Source of the DNA: Naegleria gruberi
Taxonomy: Eukaryota
Direction: 5' to 3' (one strand)
Assembly (NCBI GenBank): GCA_000004985.1
Contig: GG738899.1
Length of the DNA: 64,000 nt
The notes under the pieces were generated by a model that had not been told where the DNA came from, ran no database searches, and saw only the letters and a list, made by a program, of their open reading frames with translations. Below, piece after piece: positions 32,006 to 42,720 of the stretch. The position numbers were made by a program, and so were the translations under genes. Positions within the stretch are counted from its first letter, which is position 1. Each line of letters begins with the position of its first letter.

Positions 32006-33058
32006 TCAGAATTTTTCATACCACTTTACAGGGAGTTCTTGTAATAAATCTTTTTCTGGTTTTTGAGAAATCAGAGAGCAATGAAATTCCAAGTTTCCTC
32101 TTTTTCCAACTCTAAATTGACCTCCAACGAATGATAACTTTCCATTCCTGAGAACATTTTCTTGCAAATGTTGATTATTGATAGTGACATAGTTTTTCCA
32201 ACTCCAACCATTTTTCTCTTTTGAATTGAGTCTTCTGACAGTGTCATCTATCTCATCTAAAAACTTGTCAATTCCACCTGCAATAACTCTTTCATTATTG
32301 AGGCTGACAAGAGTTTCGTTTTCTTGAATTTTTCCATCTCTTGTTCCAATCAAATTAGTGTGCATGTAGAAATCGACAATTATTTCCCTTGAGGGATTGG
32401 TAGGATCTATAAATTTCATAACCATTGGATTGTTTCTGATAATATAAAAATTGTGAGTGGAATAATCGAAATTTCTTCCTGGACTTCTATTATAGCAAGT
32501 AAGAAAATAGTGAATTAAGAGAATTTCGTCTGAACCTATTGGGCTGGTTTCTAATGGTTTCTTGTTGAATGAGCTAATAGGAGTTTTTGAATTTTTCAAC
32601 AATATTTTACCATTTAGCTTTACAAATGGTTGTGATTGACCATTTTCAAGAGTTTCTTTCCATATCTTTTCATCCAAAAATTCAGAATTAATAATTTGAA
32701 AGAAAACACCATCCCTTTCTTTGTCCCAATACCAAAACACAAGCAAGAACGAGGAAACCATTAAACATAATACAAATAAATTACTGGTGTAGCTTGTTCG
32801 AAGTTTGCTCGCTGCAATTGTTATCACTGGTTCTCTTGCAACATGATTAGTATGGAATCTTCTCATCAAAGAGGATGCATGTTGTTGATTGACAGTTTTC
32901 CAAGTGTTGAATTTTTTATTGGATGAGTTAAAGATTGAAAATTTTGAATATTGGAATGGTGGAACAAAGAATGTTAATTTGTTCTTGTTTGCACAACCTC
33001 TAAGCAAGTTAGAAATTAATCTGGAGGATGATCTTACTGGTTTTAAGAGTTTATTCAT
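32006..33058 (-). CDS. Hypothetical single-pass membrane protein, 350 aa.
   Basis: ATG at 33058. TM helix LFVLCLMVSSFLLVFWYW. The luminal/extracellular domain is conserved-looking but unassigned. Confidence 0.45.
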   Translation of the reverse strand: MNKLLKPVRSSSRLISNLLRGCANKNKLTFFVPPFQYSKFSIFNSSNKKFNTWKTVNQQHASSLMRRFHTNHVAREPVITIAASKLRTSYTSNLFVLCLMVSSFLLVFWYWDKERDGVFFQIINSEFLDEKIWKETLENGQSQPFVKLNGKILLKNSKTPISSFNKKPLETSPIGSDEILLIHYFLTCYNRSPGRNFDYSTHNFYIIRNNPMVMKFIDPTNPSREIIVDFYMHTNLIGTRDGKIQENETLVSLNNERVIAGGIDKFLDEIDDTVRRLNSKEKNGWSWKNYVTINNQHLQENVLRNGKLSFVGGQFRVGKRGNLEFHCSLISQKPEKDLLQELPVKWYEKF

Positions 33059-33208
33059 TTTTTTGATGAAACGTATTGTTCAAGACTAATATTAGTCATA
33101 AATAGATTGGACACTGGCCAATCAAAACATCTACAAGGAGAATTACATAATCTCTTTAAAAATATGAAAGTAACACGCACAAAATAGTATGAGACACTAC
33201 AAAATGTA

Positions 33209-33281
33209 CTCCCCCTGGTGGGCTCGAACCACCGACCTGCAGATTAACAGTCTGACGCTCTACCGACTGAGCTAAGGGGGA
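33209..33281 (-). tRNA. tRNA-Asn (GTT)
   Basis: Cloverleaf: 7-bp acceptor (TCCCCCT/AGGGGGA), D-arm GCTC-AGTCGGTA-GAGC, anticodon loop CTGTTAA, variable loop AGGTC, T-arm GGTGG-TTCGAGC-CCACC, discriminator G. One U·C pair at the top of the anticodon stem. A T4 run follows on the minus strand. Confidence 0.8.
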
Positions 33282-33414
33282 TTACATAAAATAAAAAAGA
33301 GTTTTGATAAACACTACGAAGTTAAAGGCATAGATCCCTACATGGAGGTATAGAAATAAATTACAGAACTTTTTATTAAAATTTCAATTATTTATTTTGA
33401 AAAAGAAATGTTAA

Positions 33415-36400
33415 TTACATGGTTGAAGTACTAGTAGCAGGCTTCAATCCTTCACCAACATATCTAATGGCATGCTTATTTTGTGAAATGGCAATACGAA
33501 CAGTCTCCTTATTGATAAATCTTTCAGCAAGTCTTCTCAATACAAGTCCATTTGTAGAGACAGCAACCTTTACCATATCTTCACTGATACGGTTGGCATG
33601 TCTGATGAGGAATGGATTCTTCTTGATAATAGGGGTCATGAATTCAATGTCAGATCTGAGGAATCTTGAAGCATAACGAATGGAATTCACACATTGATTA
33701 GTGGCAACGGCAACGAGTTCCTTATCAAAGGTATATTCATTTGGAAGATAGTCCAACAATCTACCATTCTTCTTGAGAGCTAATTCGCACAATTCTCGGT
33801 TAATCTTGTTAGATTTCAAGAATTGAATGCAATTTCCATATCTCTTGACAGACTCTCTAACAAATTCATCATCATTTCTCAAAGATTCGTCCAAAAATTC
33901 GAATGATTTACCATTACTTGTCTTGAGTGAAATCTTGGCAATTTCCAAATCCTTCTTCAATTCTGATGGAGCAAACTTGACAGCCAATCCACAATTTTTT
34001 ACAGCATCCAAAACAATTTGCTTGGTGTTTTGCAAATCAGCAGAGGCAAACTTTAAGGCACGACCATTTACTGAAACTGCCTTTTGAACAATTTCGTAAT
34101 CACTTCTGAATGGAATTGCCAAATATTCCAAGGCAAGACCATTAATGGCAATTGCTAATAGTGCAAATTCTCTGTCTTGTTTGAGGGTTTCACTGGCATG
34201 TTTGAGGGATTTTCTATTCTTCTTGAAACAATCGAGGACAAACTTGGAATCACTCTTCAAATCATCAGAGGCGAGTTTGAGGATAGTAGCTCTGTGATTG
34301 ATTGCTTCCTTGATGTGAGAGGTGTCGAAGGATTGGTCAACCTTTTTTGGATTCTTACGAGCAAGTGAGAGTTTGACATCTGAATCTTGTTGTAATTCCT
34401 TAGAAAGATAAACGAATGATTTTCCACTTTGATTGAGAGCTACCAAAGCAACTTGTTTGTTATTTCTCATATCTTCAGATGCAAATCTAATGGCAGATCC
34501 ATTTTGCTTGACAGCTGCCAAAACAACACTCAAATTATTCTTCAAATCATTGGAAGCATAATCCAACAACAAACCATCCTTCTTGACAACTTTCAAGGTA
34601 ACTTGTTCATTGTTTTGCATTTCCTTAGAAATGAATTTGTAAGCGTCCTTACTGCTCTCAATAGCTCTCTCAACAATTTCCAAATCTTCCTTAAGATGTT
34701 CATTGAGATATTTGATAGAGTCTCCATTATTGGCAACTGCCTTCAATGCAAATTCTCTTTCATTTCTCAAATCGAGAGGTAAATATTGAAGAATTTCAAC
34801 ACCCTTATGATTCAAAGCAGCGTTAGCAATTTCCTTATCAATAATAGTACTACAGGCATATCTGATAGCAGTAGAGTCACATTCAACAGCATATTTTGTG
34901 AATTCCTTATCTTCCCACAAATCAATTGAGACATATTTCAAACTGTCATAGCTTTCCTTGACAGCAACTCTGGCATATTCCTTGTAATCCTTGGAATTTT
35001 CGTCCAAATATTTGAGTGAAGCTCCTTCATAGTACAAGGAAGCAAGAACAACATCTCTGTCACTTAACAAACTCTCGTGAACGTATCTGATGGCGCTTCT
35101 GTCAGTTTTCATAGCTGCCAATGCAATTTCCTTATCCTTGAGAATTTCCTCATCAAATACATATTGTAAACTGGAGCCATATTCTTGAATAGCTGTCATG
35201 ACAATTTCTCTATCTTTCTTAATATTTTCTGGAAGATATTCCAAAAGACATCCTTCAATTCTTACTAATTTCAGTAAAGCTTGTTTGTCATGTCTCAATG
35301 GATGATCAGGAAGTTTGGCCAAAACCAAAGGTTGCTTTACAAGAGCTTCACTAATAAATTCAGGATCATTTCTGAATTTTTCTGGAACATACTTGATATT
35401 ATCTCTATTTTCAATCACAGCTCTGAGGCAGAGTTCTCTATCATTCATAATATCATCGTGACTGATAAAGTATTCTAAACCACATGAAGGCAAGGCAATC
35501 TTGACAAGTTTTGGATCATTTCTCAATTCGAAAGGAATATAATTAATGGAATACTTGCTGGACTGAATGGCAGTCATGTAAACATCTCTTTGTAAGGCAA
35601 GATGAAGTGGTGCATACTTGATTAAATCTCCACTCTTTCTAATGGCAGTCATGAGAATTTCCTTATCATTCAATAATTCAACTGGAAGATATTCGTAGAC
35701 GTTTGGTTCCTTTTCAATAATTCTCATAACAAATTCTCTATCTCTTTGGAGTTCAGCACTGGCATATCTGAATGCTGTATAATAATTCTCCACAGCTGTT
35801 GTGACAATATATCGATCATTGGTGAATTTGGAACCAGCAAAGAGAAGTGCACCTCCACTGCATCTCACAGCTTCCAATACAATTTCATAATCTTCTCTCA
35901 ATTCAAGAGCAGCAAATGCAAGAGCATCACCATTTTCTTGAACTGCAATTTTGACAATTTCTCTGTCAGCTTTGAGTTCTTCACTGGCATATTCTAAACA
36001 TCTTCCATCAAGATATACTGCAAACTTTACAAAATCTCTATTAGAAAGAAATTCTGGATCAACAATGGCATCAATAGATCTTTCCTTGACAGCTGTCATT
36101 ACAACTTGAAGATTGCTTGCAAATTCCTTGCAGGCATGTTCAAAAACGTAACTGCTGTCTCTAACACAAATCTTGACAAGCTCTGCATCTGAAAGATGAG
36201 TTTCATCATCAATATATCTCAAAATAGATCCATCCATTTTCAATGCCTTCTTAACAATTTCTCTATCAGATTGCAACTCTGATGGGAAGTAACGAATGTA
36301 ACTGCACTTTAAGGCATTCATGTAAATCTCAGCGTCATTCTTGAAATGTTCACACTCCTGTAAGACACTTCCATTGTTCTTGATGAGTCTCTTGATGAAA

Positions 36401-38745
36401 TCTCTGTCACTCAATAATTCCTCTGAGAGAATCTTTGGTTCAACGGCAATTCCATGATCGAGTAATTTGGTCATGAATTCTCTGTCTTCTCCTAATTTTG
36501 TATCAATATCGTTGAATCCATACTGATTGGTAAGGAGTGAGAGTAGAGCAATTTCTCTATCTCCCTTAAACTTTGGCAAATCTTCAATGTTTCCACCATT
36601 AAATTGACAAACTGTTTTGGCAAATTCTCTGTCGCTTCTGAGTCTTTCAGAAGCAAATTTGAGAGAATTATAATTGCCCTTACCTGACCAGAGAACAATC
36701 TTTTCATCATCTTTTTGTTGCTTGGTAACATATTCAAGAACTCTTCCATCATTTTCCAATGCAACCATTACAAGAGAAATGTCTTTTTTCAATTCATCAC
36801 TGGCATGAGCAAATGCTCTACCATCCATTCTAATTGCAGTTGAGACAATTTCTCTATCATTCTTGAGTTCTTTAGAGGTATACTCCAAAGCATCTCCTGA
36901 TTTCATTACTGCTCTCAACACGACCCCTCTGTCATTCTTGAGGTCACTCGAAGCATACTCCAATGCTGAGCCATTTTCAGAGACTGCCATCAGGACAATT
37001 TCCTTATCGTTTTTGAGCTCAGCAGAGGCAAATTCAAGTTCTCTACCGTTATTCTTGACCAATTCCATAACAATCTCTCTGTCATTCTTCATTTCATCAT
37101 TCAAATATTCCAGGATAGAGCCCCATCTTGAGAAGCTAGATTTGAGTTTGATTATTTGCAAACATAAATCTCTATCATTCTTGATATTATCTGAAACATA
37201 TTGTAAAGCATTAGTGTTCGAAGAGAGGGCAAGCTTTACAATTTCAAAATCATCTTTCAATTCATCAGAAGCATAAGCAAGAGCTGAACCATCTTGTCTG
37301 ACAGCTTGTTTGACAATCTCTCTGTCAGATTTAACTTCTTCTGGGGCAAATTCCAAAGCAGAACCACGAACCTTGATAGCAGCCTTAACAATTTCAATAT
37401 TTTCTTTGATTTCATCAGAGGCATACTCTAAAACTGAGCCATTCTTTCTGAGTGCCTTCTTGACAATTTCAATATTATTCTTGATATCATCTGAGAGATA
37501 GCTGAGAGCTCTTGGATCTTCTTCGAGGGCAATTAATGCAATTTCCTCATCATTCTTCAAATTATCTGAAGCATATTCAACAATACGACCATTCTTTCTA
37601 ACAGCCATTTTGACAATTTCTCTATCATCTTTCAAGGAATCATCAACGTATTCCAATACATCTGCATTAATCTTGATAGCTTGTTTCACAAACTCTCTAT
37701 CTTGTTTCAATTCATCAGAAACATATCCACATGCTCTGGCATTACTAGAAATGGCAGCAAGGGCAATTTCCTGATCAGATTTAAACTCATCCACAACATA
37801 TTCCATCACATATCCATCTGATTTGACAGCTTTCAACACCAAATCTCTATCACTTTGCAATTCTTCTGGTATTTCCCTTAAATCACTTCCATTTACCAGT
37901 AAAACAGCTTCAACCACTTCACGATCCTGTTTCAATTCATCAGATAAATCGCTCACTAATGAACCGAAAAAGAATGAACATCCTTCTTCCTTTACACCTT
38001 TCAAAACCTTCAAACAAAGATCCTTTTCAGTTCTGAACTTTGGATGAGCATGTGAAAAAACAGTTCCATTATATGACTTGGCAATTGCACTAATCACAAT
38101 ATCAATGTCAGCTTTCAATTCTTCTGGACAAAATTCAAGTGCAGAGCCACTCTTATCCAAAGCTATGAGTGCCAATTCTTTATCTTCTCTCAATTCTTCT
38201 GATGCAAATTGGAAAGCATCTCCATCATTCTGAACTGCAATTTTCACAATTTCATAATCAGCTTTCAATTCATCAGATAAATATTCCAAATTAGAACCAG
38301 CATCTTCAAGAACAATTAGTGCAATTTCTCTGTCGTTTTTCAATTCGTCTGATGCATATTTGATGGATGATTTATCTTCTTTAATGGCCAATAGAACTAA
38401 TTCTTTATCATTTCGTAAAGAATCGGATGCATTTTCTAATAAATTGCCTCGTTTAGGGAGAGCTTTCAAAAACACTAGTTTACAATCATTGTCTGGGAAT
38501 GGATTTTCTGTTAAAAAATCGTCAACGGCAAAGTAATCATCATCAATTCGTCCAAAAGCTTCGAATAATTGTTCCAAATGTTCGAAAGCTTGTTTCTGAC
38601 GATTAACAACTTGATTACGTAAATAGATTCGATGATTTAACAGAATGGAATATGCAGAATTATTGTTGCCATCACATGAATGATCATAGCTTGATCCTCC
38701 ATTAGCGTTCAATGTGACAATTCTAGCATCTTCAAAGTTTGACAT
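33415..38745 (-). CDS. Giant intronless repeat protein (1776 aa). About 45 tandem ~36-38-aa repeats of DUF4116 type.
   Basis: Repeat consensus: …(D/N)(R/K)E(I/V)(V/A)L.AV..(N/D)G.AL.YAS.(E/D)LK.D… repeated across almost the whole ORF (DREIALIVLEDAGSNLEYLSDELKADYEIVKIAVQNDGDAFQFASEELREDKELALIALDKSGSALEFCPEELK…). DNA-level repeats have diverged. Flanked by the two tRNA genes. Confidence 0.8.
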   Translation of the reverse strand: MSNFEDARIVTLNANGGSSYDHSCDGNNNSAYSILLNHRIYLRNQVVNRQKQAFEHLEQLFEAFGRIDDDYFAVDDFLTENPFPDNDCKLVFLKALPKRGNLLENASDSLRNDKELVLLAIKEDKSSIKYASDELKNDREIALIVLEDAGSNLEYLSDELKADYEIVKIAVQNDGDAFQFASEELREDKELALIALDKSGSALEFCPEELKADIDIVISAIAKSYNGTVFSHAHPKFRTEKDLCLKVLKGVKEEGCSFFFGSLVSDLSDELKQDREVVEAVLLVNGSDLREIPEELQSDRDLVLKAVKSDGYVMEYVVDEFKSDQEIALAAISSNARACGYVSDELKQDREFVKQAIKINADVLEYVDDSLKDDREIVKMAVRKNGRIVEYASDNLKNDEEIALIALEEDPRALSYLSDDIKNNIEIVKKALRKNGSVLEYASDEIKENIEIVKAAIKVRGSALEFAPEEVKSDREIVKQAVRQDGSALAYASDELKDDFEIVKLALSSNTNALQYVSDNIKNDRDLCLQIIKLKSSFSRWGSILEYLNDEMKNDREIVMELVKNNGRELEFASAELKNDKEIVLMAVSENGSALEYASSDLKNDRGVVLRAVMKSGDALEYTSKELKNDREIVSTAIRMDGRAFAHASDELKKDISLVMVALENDGRVLEYVTKQQKDDEKIVLWSGKGNYNSLKFASERLRSDREFAKTVCQFNGGNIEDLPKFKGDREIALLSLLTNQYGFNDIDTKLGEDREFMTKLLDHGIAVEPKILSEELLSDRDFIKRLIKNNGSVLQECEHFKNDAEIYMNALKCSYIRYFPSELQSDREIVKKALKMDGSILRYIDDETHLSDAELVKICVRDSSYVFEHACKEFASNLQVVMTAVKERSIDAIVDPEFLSNRDFVKFAVYLDGRCLEYASEELKADREIVKIAVQENGDALAFAALELREDYEIVLEAVRCSGGALLFAGSKFTNDRYIVTTAVENYYTAFRYASAELQRDREFVMRIIEKEPNVYEYLPVELLNDKEILMTAIRKSGDLIKYAPLHLALQRDVYMTAIQSSKYSINYIPFELRNDPKLVKIALPSCGLEYFISHDDIMNDRELCLRAVIENRDNIKYVPEKFRNDPEFISEALVKQPLVLAKLPDHPLRHDKQALLKLVRIEGCLLEYLPENIKKDREIVMTAIQEYGSSLQYVFDEEILKDKEIALAAMKTDRSAIRYVHESLLSDRDVVLASLYYEGASLKYLDENSKDYKEYARVAVKESYDSLKYVSIDLWEDKEFTKYAVECDSTAIRYACSTIIDKEIANAALNHKGVEILQYLPLDLRNEREFALKAVANNGDSIKYLNEHLKEDLEIVERAIESSKDAYKFISKEMQNNEQVTLKVVKKDGLLLDYASNDLKNNLSVVLAAVKQNGSAIRFASEDMRNNKQVALVALNQSGKSFVYLSKELQQDSDVKLSLARKNPKKVDQSFDTSHIKEAINHRATILKLASDDLKSDSKFVLDCFKKNRKSLKHASETLKQDREFALLAIAINGLALEYLAIPFRSDYEIVQKAVSVNGRALKFASADLQNTKQIVLDAVKNCGLAVKFAPSELKKDLEIAKISLKTSNGKSFEFLDESLRNDDEFVRESVKRYGNCIQFLKSNKINRELCELALKKNGRLLDYLPNEYTFDKELVAVATNQCVNSIRYASRFLRSDIEFMTPIIKKNPFLIRHANRISEDMVKVAVSTNGLVLRRLAERFINKETVRIAISQNKHAIRYVGEGLKPATSTSTM

Positions 38746-38990
38746 TTTTTATGTGTTTGAATTTTGACGTTTTCCTTTATCACATTTAAAGCAACCAAGA
38801 ATAGATTTGGTTTGATGTTAAAAAACTTTGAGTCGACGTTCACTGACTTGGTTCATTATTGTCGCCCTTACAAGTTATGAAAAGTTCGCAAATTGATTGC
38901 AAGTTGAACGAATAAGATCTAATAATGTTAAAAAGTCACAGTTTTTTACAACAATGTTCAGCTTTTGGTAACCAAAAAACTAAAAACATT

Positions 38991-39064
38991 TACCGACAAT
39001 GGGGCTCGAACCCACGACCCCAGGATTAGAAGTCCTGTGCTCTATCCAACTGAGCTATGACGGC
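38991..39064 (-). tRNA. tRNA-Arg (TCT), with an imperfect acceptor stem.
   Basis: GCCGTCATAGCTCAGTTGGATAGAGCACAGGACTTCTAATCCTGGGGTCGTGGGTTCGAGCCCCATTGTCGGTA. Perfect anticodon stem CAGGA/TCCTG with loop CTTCTAA. Canonical D and T arms. The acceptor has a G·U and a U·U pair. T5/T6 runs follow immediately on the minus strand. Possibly a slightly degenerate copy. Confidence 0.65.
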
Positions 39065-39441
39065 ATCACATAGAAATGGGTCAAAGGATTAAATTCTTAC
39101 TATTCACCTCAGACCACAAAGTAGGTATACCGTAGGTACCCACACTTTAATATTCTTTGAAATTTTATGGTGCATATTTATCTTGAAACATTGAAACAGA
39201 GCTATCATTGCAATTTGATTCCAGAAATGTTTAAGGTGTTACTCATGATAATGTGCTTAAATTTTGGTACGATTGTAGCCCCTTACAATAAATCTTCTAT
39301 TTTTAAAGGTCATGACATAAGGGTGAACTTTGCGCCATAAAACAAGATAAAACACGCCAAGATCTTGCTGAGACAAAATTTCAACAACAAAAAAACAAAT
39401 TAATTGATAATAATCATAATTATAATAATAATAATTAGAAA

Positions 39442-40509
39442 ATGATTAATAATAACACTGCCAACACTAATGCTTCCGAACCAATTGGAATTAAATTAAA
39501 TTATATAATGAAGAAGCATGATGATGATCAAATTATTGAACAAAGTTTGCCTTCCTTCTCTCCATTGGAAAATCTTCAAGATTTGAAAGATTATATTGAA
39601 AAGCAATTTAATTCAAATTTGATGAATGATGAAGAACCAAAATCCGTCAAGATTGTTAAAGTTAAGGATTTCAAGGCAAAATCTGGTAAAAAGTTTAGAG
39701 CCCTTCATACTGATGAAGATTGGACCAATTCTATTAATTCCATTCTTCAACATCGTCTTGATTCCTCTACCACAACTTCTGTTGAACCATTCATTGTTGA
39801 TTTCAAGATTAGAATGAAAAAATCCAAGAAGGATAAAGTTTCTAATGATAAGAGTGAAAGAAAAGCTGAAAGAGAGCTCAAGAAACAAGAACGTCAAGAA
39901 AAACGTCGTTTCCAAAATGAAGAATCTCAAAAGATTCATGCTGATGATGTAATTCTTGTAGATGAAAGTACTGGAATTGCATCCAAGATGAATCCAGAAA
40001 TTAGTAGAATTATCATTGATGGTAATAATCTCTTCTTCCAAACCAGTACTTTGAGAGGTTTAATTCTAAAGAGTAAGAAGAAACACCAAGTTGAAGAATT
40101 ACTAGTTCATATGGCTAAAAAGTATTCTCAATTCTCTGAAACAACTTTCAATCAAAAATTGAATTTAATGCATGTTGTTTTCGATGCTTCAAGCAATCAA
40201 GTTAATGGTACTTCCAATGATGGAACATTTGTTGTTTCATCTGCCAAGAAGGAAGGTTTCACCATTGCTGATGATATGCTTGTTGAATTAGCAAATAGAC
40301 AAAATATTGCTGGCACTTTGGATTCTTGTCTATTTGTTACATCTGATAGAGGATTGAGAGAACGTTTGAAGTCCATTGGAGCTAAATGTATCAAGTCTGG
40401 AAGATGGATGGCATTTGCTCATGCTCATCTTTGTCCAAATGCATCCACTACTTCAATTGATGACTGGACTGCTCAATTATTGAGTGAAGTTACTAATGAA
40501 AGTAACTAA
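39442..40509 (+). CDS. Putative NYN/PIN-like nuclease-domain protein, 355 aa.
   Basis: N-terminal acidic/basic low-complexity region. C-terminal half has IIIDGNNLFF…MHVVFDASSN…CLFVTSDRGLRERLKSIGAKCIKSGRWM, a PIN/NYN-like pattern of acidic residues. Assignment is tentative. Confidence 0.45.
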   Translation: MINNNTANTNASEPIGIKLNYIMKKHDDDQIIEQSLPSFSPLENLQDLKDYIEKQFNSNLMNDEEPKSVKIVKVKDFKAKSGKKFRALHTDEDWTNSINSILQHRLDSSTTTSVEPFIVDFKIRMKKSKKDKVSNDKSERKAERELKKQERQEKRRFQNEESQKIHADDVILVDESTGIASKMNPEISRIIIDGNNLFFQTSTLRGLILKSKKKHQVEELLVHMAKKYSQFSETTFNQKLNLMHVVFDASSNQVNGTSNDGTFVVSSAKKEGFTIADDMLVELANRQNIAGTLDSCLFVTSDRGLRERLKSIGAKCIKSGRWMAFAHAHLCPNASTTSIDDWTAQLLSEVTNESN

Positions 40510-41470
40510 ATTGAGATTTTAATATTAAGATGGCACAAAGATTATCCTTAATATTCATTAATTAATAAATATTGTATTGATTACAACCCTCTAAATTGTT
40601 ATCAAAAGAATCCTTTCATGGCAGTAAAAGCAACAAGAGTTTCTGTTCAAATCCTAGAATTAACAGGAAGGGTGAAGGTAAACTGACAAAACTGTTCCTT
40701 TAACAACCCAACAATTTATTTGTTTTTATCAATCTCCACTGTTGAGTTTACAAACAAAAAACCGTGTCTTTGTTTGGGCACTCTTGTTTTGCAACTCAAG
40801 AATTCCCAAGTCTGAGACGAAAAAAAATACCTCCATTCACTCATGACCAAATTGCTTGAATGAAAATATCTACCTGCCTTTCAAAGAAAGGCAGCTGCAA
40901 ATCAAATGTTGTTGCTCTGAATTCAACACAGTCGAAAGAGCATGTAAGCCAACAATATCAGAACTATTGTAAAGATATACACCGCCTCATACAACATGTC
41001 ATCTTGGTTGTATACAACAGACAACGCATACTCCATCCCTTTTCTTTTTACAACCAATCTTCCTCGAATGGTAAAGAACATTCCTGATCAACATTCCTCT
41101 TCTTGATTTTAACTCCATGATTAGAAACACTAGTTTTGTTAACATGATCTTCATCAACTAATCATATCCCAGCACATGCCACATGTGAGAGTTATTATAA
41201 CAACAAGTTAAGTTACAACATCCATATACATGCAACAGATAAATGGCGGAATGTCCAAAAATGGATAAAAAAGAAGGTTTCTCTCTAAAGGCAAACACAA
41301 AAAAGCTAAAGACATGCTGATGGATTGAAATGTTTTGGGAGGACGCAACGTTTTCACACAATAATAGTAGTAGTACTCTGTGGTGATGAGGTGATTATCA
41401 CAATAATAAGGAGGTGGACAGATGCGTTCCACTAGTATTTTCACAACACAAAAAAACACAAACAACAACA

Positions 41471-41980
41471 ATGCAAACAGTACAACCAACAACAATCACC
41501 AATATTTCAGAACGTGAAGACATGATGGTGGATGCATACATATCACAACACCATAACACACATCTGCCACTTGCCAATACAAATTATTCACAAACTAGAA
41601 TAATTGTTAACATGAATATTCATCCAATATCCATGCATGCATTCGATTCAACAACATGTCCAGACCCTTTCAAAGATACTCTTGAATACTATTGCAAAAT
41701 TGGAATCTTCATCAATAACTTGCCACAATTTCACAATGAGCAAACATTCTTTGTTTTCTACATTCAAAACAAGCAAACCCTCGAATACAAGGAATGGATA
41801 AGATTTGAAGGAGCTGATGGTAATTATAAGGATATTTGCTTTGGATCACTCTTCTTGAATTATATGGAAGCTATGAATTTACTCAATTCTACATGTAGAA
41901 TGGTAATGATACATGGATCACATCAGAGATCACGTGAACAGGCAGTAGAATTGCGCACTACACTTGCTTATAAGGGTTAA
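41471..41980 (+). CDS. Hypothetical protein (about 170 aa from the first ATG).
   Basis: ORF with coding-like composition: …CPDPFKDTLEYYCKIGIFINNLPQFHNEQTFFVFYIQNKQTLEYKEWIRFEGADGNY…. No family recognised. Confidence 0.35.
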   Translation: MQTVQPTTITNISEREDMMVDAYISQHHNTHLPLANTNYSQTRIIVNMNIHPISMHAFDSTTCPDPFKDTLEYYCKIGIFINNLPQFHNEQTFFVFYIQNKQTLEYKEWIRFEGADGNYKDICFGSLFLNYMEAMNLLNSTCRMVMIHGSHQRSREQAVELRTTLAYKG

Positions 41981-42720
41981 TGACATGCTGTTATTGAAAA
42001 TAATAATTAGTAATGATATTGATCAAGCCTCAATATTGAGTTTTAGAAAGCTAATGAGAAATGATCTCATAGTTCCAATTTTTGCAGAGTTTTAAATTAA
42101 AAATAATAAAAATATATTTAAATAAAATAATAATAATATAATAATTAAATTAATAGCAATAAGTGGCTCGGATAATTTTTTTAAAGTATTTGTTTGTTAT
42201 TTTCATCATGATGAAATGTTTCCCGCCATCTTCCTTAAAAAAATGAAATGATTCGGAAGCCTTGAACTTCTTAATACTCTAACTCAAAAATTGCAAGACT
42301 TTTTCGAGAGATCAACGTTGATTCACCATCAAGCTATTTGTAATCTGAACTGTAGTAGGAGGAGAATGGAACAATGATGAACAAGAAAATACAAAAGTGG
42401 AAAGTAAAATTATTTAAAATCAATTGGTGAACCAACACGTTCAACAAAACCAGATGTTGCATCAACACCAAAGGCATCATTCATATAATTAATAATTGAA
42501 TAATAATATTACAATAATTGAATGGATTCACATGTGAAGAACTGAAAATTGTTGCTATTGTGTACTGGTATTTGGAACATTATTGTCTTGTGTCAGCCAT
42601 TGTTCTTTAAGGATCTCATCAATCAACAAGTGATCCTGTCCGTTAAAAAATATTTTATTGGAAAGTAGAAAAAAATACGAAACCGTTAAATTAAAACCAA
42701 GTGAAACTCGCTTGATCACA

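Noticed and set aside
33415-38745. Possibility that the 5.3-kb repeat region is a satellite, mobile element or a CRISPR-like array.
   Set aside because: The repeats are at the protein level (about 36-38 aa, DNA diverged) within one uninterrupted ORF. There are no terminal repeats, no transposase or RT, and no direct DNA repeats. It is a eukaryotic repeat-protein gene.
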